A stretch of 63,778 bases of DNA, counting the filler, from Stramenopiles sp. TOSAG23-3 (lineage: Eukaryota): the NCBI GenBank assembly GCA_900128585.1. It is 6 parts of 6 records of this genome, joined end to end, with 100 filler letters (N's around TTAATTAATTAA, not from the genome) between each part and the next. Parts side by side here need not be neighbours in the genome. Positions count along the whole stretch, not along the records: positions 1 to 27,460 come from LT642260.1; 5 more parts are not named here. One strand, written 5' to 3'. Shown here piece by piece: positions 1-9,221 of this stretch (position 1 is its first letter; each line of letters opens with the position of its first letter). The translations under genes were made by a program, and so were the position numbers. A model generated the notes under the pieces. The model ran no database searches. It was not told where the DNA came from and saw only the letters and a program-made list of their open reading frames with translations.

Positions 1-2201
1 CACGATTTTTCATGAACCAGAATGTTCTTGCGGTAATCTCTATGGCCGCAATTATACTTGCATGTAAAGTTGCCTTGCCAATGACGCCTTGTACCGACCT
101 GTCTTCGGCCTTGCGTTGCTTCCTGGTTCACCTGGGAGCATATGCTTATTCGTCGCCTCTGTATGTTCTGGATTGTTTTGAAAATAGAATACGCTGGGAT
201 AATTTTCTGCTTCAGTTTCACATGCTTAACGCAATCACTTAAGATCCCCGAAACAATAGTTTCCACGCTCACACCCTCGGCGTCTTTCGTTCGGAAAGTT
301 TGACGAGGGGCAAATGCGTGCCTCGCTGCACTGACTTTCCACTTTCCCTCTGAAAAATTCATCGCCGAGAGTGCTCTACCCAAATCATCTGCGTGGATGT
401 CCCACGCGTCTTTCAGTAAATTCTTGTGTATATGGCGTAAGAGTAGTACGGCAGATTTACCAGTCATGTCAGTTGCTCGTACGCAATGTTTTACATCCGT
501 AACCGCGTACTGGTTTGGTTCCATCACAGTCACGTCTCCGCGTGCCATTGGAATGAAAAAACCGCTGTCAAGGCCAATCCAGCCTTTACTGTCAAAGCAA
601 AGTCGGCAATCGGAAAACAGTCGGAGGGAGATGATCGGTTGAGCAAATCTTTCTCGGTCATCAAAATGAGGACCCAGACCATCGCTGCCATCGTGATATA
701 CATTGCAGGCATGCGAGTTCACGAACCCTTCAGGAATTATTTTGGACTTCACCAAGGGTGTTTCAAGTTTTTCTACAAGCCATGCGGGAGATTTGTTGAC
801 GTCTACCCGGATGCCTTGTGCCCTCATAGCGAGGGACCGGTTTTGCTTTTGGCCTTTCGTCCAAAGGTATCGCGCGTTGAAGAATATTTTTGTTCTCGTC
901 AAATGCGATCTTTTACGAAGTTCATGGTAAGTGTTAGGAAGTAGTTTATTTTGAGAAATTTTCTCCAGGGTTATGTCTATGTCGGCTTCCATTGCCTTCA
1001 ACTCATCGTTAGAATACACGCATTTGTAAGTTGTAATACCGACGGGGCACCTGCCCTTCCGGTCTTTGTACATTTCTATGTTGTAATTTTTTGGCACCTT
1101 TCCTTCGAAAAAGTATTGGCGCTTTATTAAAAATTTATTGGAAAGTGGGATGATGACATCCGTCCAACCGAGTTTATACGTAAACGCGTCTCTCGATGGG
1201 ACGAAACGCCACGGCACAGGCTTCGATAATGGCAAGTGCTCGCACGTTTTGTTCCGTTTTGACAGTTTTATCGATAACGACCGCTCGACCCAATGAATGA
1301 AGAACAACAATTTTGACTTCAGTTTACTGGATGCCTTGTGGTAAAAATCTTTTGCTAAAAATAGCTCCGCCCTAATCTTGCAGACGAACTTGGGTTGCGC
1401 AGCAGTTCTGGTTGTGTTTGGCCCAACATCTTGGTCATTGTTGCCGTGTTGACCGCTCCCCTTAGAGTTCGAGTCGTAGGACGAGGCCGCCGCCTTTTTA
1501 AACAAAATAACGACTTGGATGTTAGAATCCTCATTCAAATGTTTTGTAGGATTCAACCTCGAAAATGCCCCACCACCATCTTCTGCAGATTCACCTGTTG
1601 CATTTGCCATATCGTAGTGATAATTTAAACACAGGAATCTGTCGAATCCAAGATATTGCTCCATTTCCGATAATGACAAGCTAAGTTGGGTGTGCGGGGT
1701 CAACTGTTCGCTGGGGGACAGAACGCTGAACAGGGATTCTCTCGTTCGGGGCGGACGGGACACGTTTAGGACGTAACTACTCATCATATTTGTATTTCCT
1801 GATAAAACCAATACCCCGGCCGTAGGTGTTAGTGCTAAGTTGGTCTTAAAGTAAGATTCCAAGCGCTCTTGTGCAAATGGATGTATTTTCTCCCAATATT
1901 CAGAAACCTTTGGTCTATAAACTATGTGCGGGAGCGGCTTCACCTGTTTCGACTCCGTTTGTTCCACAAAAGAAATGGAGCTAGTGGGGACTATGTCTGA
2001 AACGTTGTCGCTAGACAGCCCAGTTCCACCATAGCGACTGCCGTTGAACTTAAATACTAACTTTTTCTTTGACTGTTGATGCGGTACCGCAGGACACTTT
2101 CGTTTGCCCCCAGGCTTTTTTCTAATGGTGCGTTGCAAGATAAGCCTAGTCCCTCCCCGACCCCCCCCCCTTTTCGGGGTAGTTACAAGGGTATCTTTCA
2201 T
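1..2201 (-). CDS. ALKBH5: ALKBH5-like 2OG-Fe(II) dioxygenase (RNA m6A demethylase-like), 3'-truncated by the window edge
   Basis: Manual translation gives an uninterrupted frame from the ATG at 2201 to position 3 (~733 codons). It is missing from the ORF track because no stop lies in the window. It contains GFVNSHACNVYHDGSDGLGPHFDD..FAQPIISLRLFSDCRLCF..IPMARGDVTVM..VKHCVRATDMTGKSAVLLLR, collinear with the ALKBH5 catalytic core (HxD...H...R). The true start could be a downstream ATG (1787, 1664 or 1610). Confidence 0.8.
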   Translation of the reverse strand, partial: MKDTLVTTPKRGGGRGGTRLILQRTIRKKPGGKRKCPAVPHQQSKKKLVFKFNGSRYGGTGLSSDNVSDIVPTSSISFVEQTESKQVKPLPHIVYRPKVSEYWEKIHPFAQERLESYFKTNLALTPTAGVLVLSGNTNMMSSYVLNVSRPPRTRESLFSVLSPSEQLTPHTQLSLSLSEMEQYLGFDRFLCLNYHYDMANATGESAEDGGGAFSRLNPTKHLNEDSNIQVVILFKKAAASSYDSNSKGSGQHGNNDQDVGPNTTRTAAQPKFVCKIRAELFLAKDFYHKASSKLKSKLLFFIHWVERSLSIKLSKRNKTCEHLPLSKPVPWRFVPSRDAFTYKLGWTDVIIPLSNKFLIKRQYFFEGKVPKNYNIEMYKDRKGRCPVGITTYKCVYSNDELKAMEADIDITLEKISQNKLLPNTYHELRKRSHLTRTKIFFNARYLWTKGQKQNRSLAMRAQGIRVDVNKSPAWLVEKLETPLVKSKIIPEGFVNSHACNVYHDGSDGLGPHFDDRERFAQPIISLRLFSDCRLCFDSKGWIGLDSGFFIPMARGDVTVMEPNQYAVTDVKHCVRATDMTGKSAVLLLRHIHKNLLKDAWDIHADDLGRALSAMNFSEGKWKVSAARHAFAPRQTFRTKDAEGVSVETIVSGILSDCVKHVKLKQKIIPAYSIFKTIQNIQRRRISICSQVNQEATQGRRQVGTRRHWQGNFTCKYNCGHRDYRKNILVHEKS

Positions 2202-2899
2202 GGTTCAACTTGCTGGAAACAAATAGAGGCACCCTGGCCGAATGGTAGGACGAGTCTTCCCAACGGAAAGATGAAAATGTTGATTTTGCACCAGTGCGTA
2301 ATGTTGCAGAAGTAAAAGCAGCTTAATTTGTGAGGCATTATTATGAATAGAATGTTACTTCGTTTATACGTTTTGAGTCGTCGGGCGTATCTTTTTTTTC
2401 TTATTATACCTGCACCTAGACTACAACAACAACAACAAAAAAAGAACAACGAATTTTTCAACCTCCCTGCAACACTGAACACAACAGGAGAAAAAGAAGA
2501 AGAGAGTATTTTTTCTTCACTAAAATAATAATTAATAATAATACTCTATTGTATTACTATTACAATATTAATAAATATTATAATAAACTAACTACTAAAA
2601 ACAATATAATAGTCGGTCTAGATAATCGTGTATGATTTAATTTTTAATACCTTTTTTAGGCCAGCCAAGCTTGAAGAATATTATTTTTTTTGCGAATTTA
2701 TAAATATTTTTTGGGATACATCTTTTGAACAACAAGGAAATACCATCATGTGAACAAGTGTCTTTTTTTTGAAGGTCCTGTTTTTTTTTTGGGAGGAGGA
2801 TGTGGGGTTTGTTACGGCTTACTACTTGTTGATATATCTATTTTATTTTATTACAAAAATTGTTTTATTTAAAAACCAAAATATTGTACATTTTTTAAA

Positions 2900-2921
2900 A
2901 CAAGAAAATTGGCTGTTATTT
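2900..2921. repeat. Dispersed motif copy (core ACAAGAAAATTGGCTGTTATTT)
   Basis: Identical 22-nt core also at 16558 and 40642. Confidence 0.8.
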
Positions 2922-2960
2922 TTTATCACCACTCTCACCTTTCCATCAATTATGACCGGT

Positions 2961-5900
2961 TCAAGCCATACAATCAATCGATTTTGTCATCTCATATTTA
3001 GCATTTTCCTTCTTGTCCATGGTTTCTACTACAAACACCGCGGTTTGACTCGACTTGTCTGGGACATGCGAGTCCATCCATTGTTTGTATTTTTGGTATG
3101 TGACTGCCTTGAGCCCTTCCATCACTGCGCCCTCATCAATGTCTTTCAAGGTTGGCTCCTTTAGCCCATTGGATTCGAACGCTTTTGGAAGTTTTAATGA
3201 CATTCCGCGAAGAATCCCAAACCATTCCTCAATATTCTGTAAATGCGTTTTGTAGTGTCCTTCGATGGACTTCATCACTATCTGGAACATGTCTTTTGCT
3301 ATTATTCTGTCTTTCCCCAGGGCATCTTTGGCTTTGGAGACGCTGAATTCAACATTTAATGGGTCGCTCGCAGGATCCCGCGCATTATATTTACCCGAAC
3401 CCCAGTCAACTGTTCTATAGCCAAAGCCAGGAAACAAAACACTGTGAAATGCATGCTTGCCGACAAAATAAGTAAGGCCTTCGTCCATGCGCAAGTTGCG
3501 CCACAGCTGTTTCTCGATCATCGCAGTAACGATTTGGCGCATCTCCCCCCCGCGAAAGCTGATGCCGTCCTGCGCGGGAACCATCAACATCGGGAACGCT
3601 CGCTCGACGTTGTCGTCGATAAGGTGACAACCAGTCTTCGAGTCGGAACTCCCCCATGCGCGCGTAAAGTGCTGCACGTCCGCTTCGCTGTACACGTCGT
3701 AGCCGACACGTTTGGAATTTGCTGGTCTCTTGATTAAAGTCCCAAAAATTAGTTGGAGGGGCTCTAAGATGATCTTGACGTCGATGTCCCCCACGACGTT
3801 GATTTCTATTCTGTCCGGGTCAAACTGCTCTCGTACCCAACGAGAGAGCGTTTCCGGATTCAAAGACCGAATGTCCGACGGTTCCACACGCCGCATACGG
3901 TGGTCACTTGGAAACCTCGCCTTCAAAATATTGTTAACAGCAGCAGTCTTGATGACTTGACGAGGGTTGCTTTCTCTTTTTTCTTCCATCTTTGCCGACA
4001 GCACGTTGGAATACGCGCGCCTAATGCTCCGTGTGTTGTACATCGGCATCATTTTCAAGCGCATGTCGCTCAGTATGCCAAGCATTTCTTCATGGTTTAA
4101 AGCACTTGTGTCGCACGGGACCTCGGGGGCATCTGGGCCACTTTTTACACACGCGGAGGAAAGTGTAGCCTTAATGCGAAGGAACTCACGGTCGCACAAC
4201 ATTTGAGGGGGTGCTGGCGGCCCTGGGAGCCCCACGCGTTCAATCGGCTTTGCATCTTCGCTAGATCTAATGTTGGAAGCGCGCTGAAATATCTTCATTG
4301 GAAAAATTTCTTTGTCAACTCTGAGTTCCCCAGTAGAGTCATACTCTGCAGCAACAAAGTCCTCCAACCCCATGGCAGCCACGTCGCACGCGCCTTTCGC
4401 GGCCGGGGACTCCGTCGCCCTACCACCGAGACTAACGATTTCTACAACCACAGTCCCGTTTCCTACAATGGGGACCCGCATATTTCCGGACGCAAACGGT
4501 TTGATGTTAACGCCGATGCCATTGAATAGGTTGTATATTCGGATGCCGGAATTCGGCTCCTGCTTCACGGGAAGCGCCCCAAACTTCTCAATTTCTTTCA
4601 TCGCCTTGGGGTTTGCCTTTTCGAATTTTTTTTGCAGCGCGTTGACCCTTTCTTGCAAGCGCACATAGTCCAATAGTTGTGCCGACCTTCCGGCCGGGAT
4701 CCCGTCAGACTTTTTTTTGTCCTTATGGGAACCCCCAGATGCCGACGACGGTGCAAACGCCGGCTGTGCCGTGCGCTTCGTTTTGTCGCTGGGGATTTTC
4801 CTCAGCTCACCCGCTGCTGCTTCCAACTCTGGTCTATGGCGTACGTACGACCGTTTCAACTTTGCACGAAGGTTGTCCTCCTCATCCTTCTTTTTGAAGA
4901 TGCTGTCGCTCTTGGCGTGCCCCTTGGGCGCCTCGGGGGGCTGCACGGTGCTCATAAGCACCTGCCGGGACAGGAGGAGCAGAGAATCTTTTGAAATGGC
5001 AAACTCAGTGTCGGACGCACTCTCTTTGGAGTAAGACACTCGGAGAAGCGTCCGCGGGCTGGTTTGGATCTTTTCCAACCACGCCTTTTCTTCCCCATTG
5101 GTTACGTTAAGGCGGAACGTGTTGATCCAACTCTTCCATACCAAGGAGGCCTCCGCTTTTATAAAGTTGGCAGCATGAACACTCATCCCTTGGGACATCA
5201 TCGGCTTTTCCATCCGGAATATCTCCGTTTGGTGGTAGTAAATGTGATTCGGGGAGAGATCCCCGTACAGGTCCTCCACGATTTCAGTCCCACTCTTCTT
5301 CCTTGACAGGTCCACAGCTTCGTTTTGTATCTTTTCAAAGTACGCATCCATTGCTTCGTTCAAAAGGACCGGGTTTGGCCCGTACAGTGCGAGGCGTCGG
5401 ACCTCTAGCAAAGCAGTAAACAGCAGCGTCCTCCAAGATCCATCGCGGCTGTTTCGAAAATGGACCTCTTCCGCTGCTTTCTCGCCCCCGAAGCCCATCC
5501 CCACCTTCAACCTCATTTCGTGTGCACGCGCGCCGTACTGGTAATTGTCTTCGAAGTTGGCGTCGAAGTCTACTTCTGGGGGGTCCGTTCCGGCCTCTTG
5601 GACCATCTCCTCCACGCCTTCGTACACCATGTGGGAGAGAACGTAACGAAACAGGCCGCTGTGAATGGAGCGGAGCCGCTCCAGGTTGGTCTTTGGCTCG
5701 TTGTCTACGTAGTCCCCGTTCACTGGGTCGGCCATGATAAAGTTGAAGTGGACACCGTTTATTCCTTTGTGGTTCCCCGAGATTTCTATGTTTCGGAATG
5801 CTTTCGCTTTCTCGCCGATCCGCTTTTCACCCTGGCCAAACACGCCCATTTGTGCGCCGGAACTCACCTTCGGAAGGGGTGCCCCCCCGCTTTTAATATC

Positions 5901-7175
5901 CAGCGACCCGTCCCCCCACACCTTCTTGACGACTGCTTCCATGTCGCTGGCTTCGTAATCGCCCGCGACGTACAGGGTGGAGCGTTTGGGAACGTACCAT
6001 TTCTTTCGAAAACTGTCTACGTCCTTGGACGAAAACGCAGCGACCGTCGCATCCGTCCCTTGAGGCGCTCGCGCACACGGGAGGGATTTGCTCCCGAAAA
6101 ACTGGCACATGGTTTGGTGCTCCACCCATGCAAGCGTGGTGTTCCGCATCCGATTTTCACCAATGACTGCGCCCTTTTCGATGTTAACGTGCTTGTCAAC
6201 ACTATTTCCTAACAAAAACTGGTCCACCATTACTTGCAGGGCGCCGGTACTAACGTCGTCTGCTGTGGAGGACATCCCGTCGTGAAAGTCGCCCTCGGAC
6301 CGCGCATTGTTCACTTCATACACAGTGGTCCGGTGGGTAGTGAAGGCATTTGCTTCGACCCCGTTTGCATCCAGGGAGAGCCACACCCCGTACCGGTGCA
6401 GGGATTTCCGGGAAGCATCAAACGCCATGTGCTCCGCGAAATGGGCAATGCCCCGTTCCTTTTCCGTCTCGGACGAGCTCCCGACGTCTACTTTCAGCGC
6501 GGCTGAGAAAAACCCCCGTGGGTACGACCTGACTTTCGATATCACATACTTCAGCCCGCTGGGAAGGGTGCCGGCGAGAGCATACTTGGAAGTCGCAGGG
6601 CCCGTAGCATATGGGCGAAAGCGGAATGGTGCGCCGGTGATGAAGAGCGCGTTGTACACATCGATCGTGCTCCACATCACCAGAATCCCCACCAGGACAT
6701 AAAACGCTACAATGATCAAGGTGTCTATCTTCCTAATGACCCTGTCGCTGGAAGCACTATTATTGCCTTCCCCTTTCGAGCAGAAGCGAAACTTGTTGCT
6801 CATGCCTTTGCCTATCCACACGTCCAGCATACCATACAGGCAGAGGACGGTCCCCGTGACGATCAGGCATATCCGCTTGTACAGCTCTGGCCTGGGGTCT
6901 ATGCCATTGTCCAGCTCAAGGTGCCCGGGAACGAAGAAACTTACCCCCAGGGCCACCAACCCAAACGAAAACCACATGCCTTCTTCGTCCACCTTTCTTT
7001 CGTTCTCCGAAGGCTGCTCTTCAAGCACGTGCACCGGGGAAGCCTCCATCGCGTTCTTCCAGCAAGAACAAAAGGGTCCGTCAACAAACAAATCAGTTTC
7101 TTTCAAAAGCGTTGTCCCTAACTGTTCCAAACACACATCTATACTCCCCTTTGAATCTATCGTAAAGGTAAACAT
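2961..7175 (-). CDS. M16 family zinc metallopeptidase (stromal processing peptidase/PqqL-like) with N-terminal hydrophobic segments
   Basis: 1404-aa ORF. Inverted zinc motif HFAEH, ANAFT motif, distal Glu (EKGAVIGE), KWYVP..STLYVAGD and EVRRL..YG motifs. Three hydrophobic stretches precede the catalytic domain. Confidence 0.85.
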   Translation of the reverse strand: MFTFTIDSKGSIDVCLEQLGTTLLKETDLFVDGPFCSCWKNAMEASPVHVLEEQPSENERKVDEEGMWFSFGLVALGVSFFVPGHLELDNGIDPRPELYKRICLIVTGTVLCLYGMLDVWIGKGMSNKFRFCSKGEGNNSASSDRVIRKIDTLIIVAFYVLVGILVMWSTIDVYNALFITGAPFRFRPYATGPATSKYALAGTLPSGLKYVISKVRSYPRGFFSAALKVDVGSSSETEKERGIAHFAEHMAFDASRKSLHRYGVWLSLDANGVEANAFTTHRTTVYEVNNARSEGDFHDGMSSTADDVSTGALQVMVDQFLLGNSVDKHVNIEKGAVIGENRMRNTTLAWVEHQTMCQFFGSKSLPCARAPQGTDATVAAFSSKDVDSFRKKWYVPKRSTLYVAGDYEASDMEAVVKKVWGDGSLDIKSGGAPLPKVSSGAQMGVFGQGEKRIGEKAKAFRNIEISGNHKGINGVHFNFIMADPVNGDYVDNEPKTNLERLRSIHSGLFRYVLSHMVYEGVEEMVQEAGTDPPEVDFDANFEDNYQYGARAHEMRLKVGMGFGGEKAAEEVHFRNSRDGSWRTLLFTALLEVRRLALYGPNPVLLNEAMDAYFEKIQNEAVDLSRKKSGTEIVEDLYGDLSPNHIYYHQTEIFRMEKPMMSQGMSVHAANFIKAEASLVWKSWINTFRLNVTNGEEKAWLEKIQTSPRTLLRVSYSKESASDTEFAISKDSLLLLSRQVLMSTVQPPEAPKGHAKSDSIFKKKDEEDNLRAKLKRSYVRHRPELEAAAGELRKIPSDKTKRTAQPAFAPSSASGGSHKDKKKSDGIPAGRSAQLLDYVRLQERVNALQKKFEKANPKAMKEIEKFGALPVKQEPNSGIRIYNLFNGIGVNIKPFASGNMRVPIVGNGTVVVEIVSLGGRATESPAAKGACDVAAMGLEDFVAAEYDSTGELRVDKEIFPMKIFQRASNIRSSEDAKPIERVGLPGPPAPPQMLCDREFLRIKATLSSACVKSGPDAPEVPCDTSALNHEEMLGILSDMRLKMMPMYNTRSIRRAYSNVLSAKMEEKRESNPRQVIKTAAVNNILKARFPSDHRMRRVEPSDIRSLNPETLSRWVREQFDPDRIEINVVGDIDVKIILEPLQLIFGTLIKRPANSKRVGYDVYSEADVQHFTRAWGSSDSKTGCHLIDDNVERAFPMLMVPAQDGISFRGGEMRQIVTAMIEKQLWRNLRMDEGLTYFVGKHAFHSVLFPGFGYRTVDWGSGKYNARDPASDPLNVEFSVSKAKDALGKDRIIAKDMFQIVMKSIEGHYKTHLQNIEEWFGILRGMSLKLPKAFESNGLKEPTLKDIDEGAVMEGLKAVTYQKYKQWMDSHVPDKSSQTAVFVVETMDKKENAKYEMTKSIDCMA

Positions 7176-7267
7176 TTCCCCTCAATCTTTCTTGTAGTAC
7201 TCGGTGTTGTTATTAATTTATTAACATTTTTTAAAATTATTATTAATAAAAAATAGATCTAATAATT

Positions 7268-7740
7268 ATTTTTTTCTTCTTCTTATTTTTTTTTCTTCCT
7301 TCTTCTTTTCTTTTTTTCTTCTTTTCTTCTTTTCTTCTTTTCTTCTTTTCTTCTTTCTTCTTCTTCTTCTTCTTCTTTTTTTTCTTCTTCCTTCTTCTTC
7401 TTCTCTTCTTCTTTTTTTTCTTCCTTCTCTTCTTTTCTTTTTTTTTTCTTCCTTCTCTTCTTCTTTTTTTTTTTCTTCCTTCTCTTCTTCTTTTTTTTCT
7501 TCTTCCTTCTCTTCTCTTCTTTTCTTTTCTTTTTTTTTTCTTCCTTCTCTTCTTCTTTTTTTTTTTCTTCCTTCACTTCTTCTTTTTTTTTTTCTTCCTT
7601 CTCTTCTCTTCTTTTCTTTTTTTTTTCTTCCTTCTCTTCTTCTTTTTTTTTTTCTTCCTTCTCTTCTTCTTTTTTTTTTCTTTCTTTTTTCTTTCTTCTT
7701 CTTTTTTTTTCTTTTTTTCTTTCGTCTTCTTCTTTTTTTT
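7268..7740. repeat. Polypyrimidine (TTC)n/Tn low-complexity tract
   Basis: About 470 nt almost exclusively C/T, with recurring CTTCCTTCTCTTCTTCTTTT units. Confidence 0.9.
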
Positions 7741-8796
7741 AATTTATTATTATTATTTTATATATTATATTACAGTATTATTATTAGTCTTTTCTAGACG
7801 ACACACTATCTCTTCTTTCTTCTTCTTTCTTCTTCTTACTACGGGCATTAGAATATAATAAATGTGTGGTTTGATAAAATATTGTTATTATCCTCGTAGT
7901 GGACTAGTTCGTATAGGATACGTAGAGAGTAGTATAAGTAATGAATAAGAATAGGAAAGTTGCCAACAAAAAATTGGAAATGTAATGTTGCTTGGGTTGG
8001 TTGCCCATCGATTTCTTCCTTCTATTCGGATTATACTTGTAATAGATTAATATACTTTTAGATTTCTATCTATATTATATTTCATACTTCTTTTCATATT
8101 TTAATATACATATACATTCCTATTTAAATATATTAGATGTATACACCCAATACCATCAAATTTGTTTAATGCTACGGCCTTGTAAAATTCAAACATTAAT
8201 CCCATTATTTATTCGTTATTGGTACATGTTATGAATAAAGTATACATTTAAATCATACTTAGAATATACAATTATACCCTATCAAATAATTCAAAGCACA
8301 CAACAACACAGCAGGTTAAAAGGCACGGTACTGTACTTACTATAAAAACTCTGTTGTTTCCATTTTTTCATTATTTTTAGTTCCTTCCTTCCCCGCGCAA
8401 TTCCATTGGCGCCAATATCAATACTATTTCGATGTATTTTAAATTAATTGACTTGCCTCTTCTTTTTAGTTTTTGAATCAAAAGGACATTTATCTTCCTA
8501 TCATAATACATTCTACACTATTTATTAAAATAAAAGTATAAATATTATTCAACAGTACTATTTCATTGTACTTAAAAAAGAAAAAAGTTGTTGAATCGTT
8601 TCATAAAGTAAGGGTAGGGTATATTAATCTTAAAAAATAATCATTTTATATATATTAAATTATAAGTTAATATTAAATTATATAGAATGTATAATTAGAT
8701 ATACTTACCTTAGACTACCAATTATAGAAATCGTTCACTTAATTGCTCTTTTGAGATTATAAAATCTATTTATTTGTTTACTAGGGGAATTGCATT

Positions 8797-8831
8797 GGGG
8801 GAGGCGGGGCGGGGGCGGGAGGCAGGGCGGG
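8797..8831 (+). promoter_or_regulatory. G-rich island, potential G-quadruplex/GC-box cluster
   Basis: GGGGGAGGCGGGGCGGGGGCGGGAGGCAGGGCGGG has six runs of 3 or more G in an otherwise very AT-rich divergent intergenic region. Confidence 0.4.
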
Positions 8832-9221
8832 TATTATATTATTCTACTGTACCACTACTATGGACTATGGTTAATTAAATAATTAAAAATAAAATAAGAA
8901 GAAATAAAAGAACAACAACAACAACAACAACAGTGGATCCAATTGTGTTTCATTATTGTTGTAAGCTACATTGACATTATTTATTTGCAAGTAATTGCAC
9001 TTGGAAGAAGAGAAAAAAGACAATAGGCAAAGTGAACGGAAAAAAAAGAGACGGAGAGAGGAACGAACAGAAGGGAAGAAAAACGGACGAACGATCGATC
9101 GATTGAACGAACGAACGATAGAGAGTTTCATTTTAGAGGCCGGAAAGAAGCAAGCCGTTTGAATTTAGCAAAAAAGACGGAGCGCAGTTTACCGTTGTCG
9201 ACCCGAACAGGTTTGCATAAT

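Noticed and set aside
12-944. Plus-strand short ORFs at the window start
   Set aside because: They are antisense to the ALKBH5-like frame.
7283-7576. Lys/Glu/Phe-rich small ORFs (also 47209-47511, 50348-50672, 57245-57460, 37174-37485)
   Set aside because: Translations of microsatellite or low-complexity DNA.
8701-8710. ATACTTACCT, matching the U1 snRNA 5' end
   Set aside because: The downstream sequence lacks U1 stem-loops and the U1-70K loop. It is more likely chance or an antisense splice-donor-like word.
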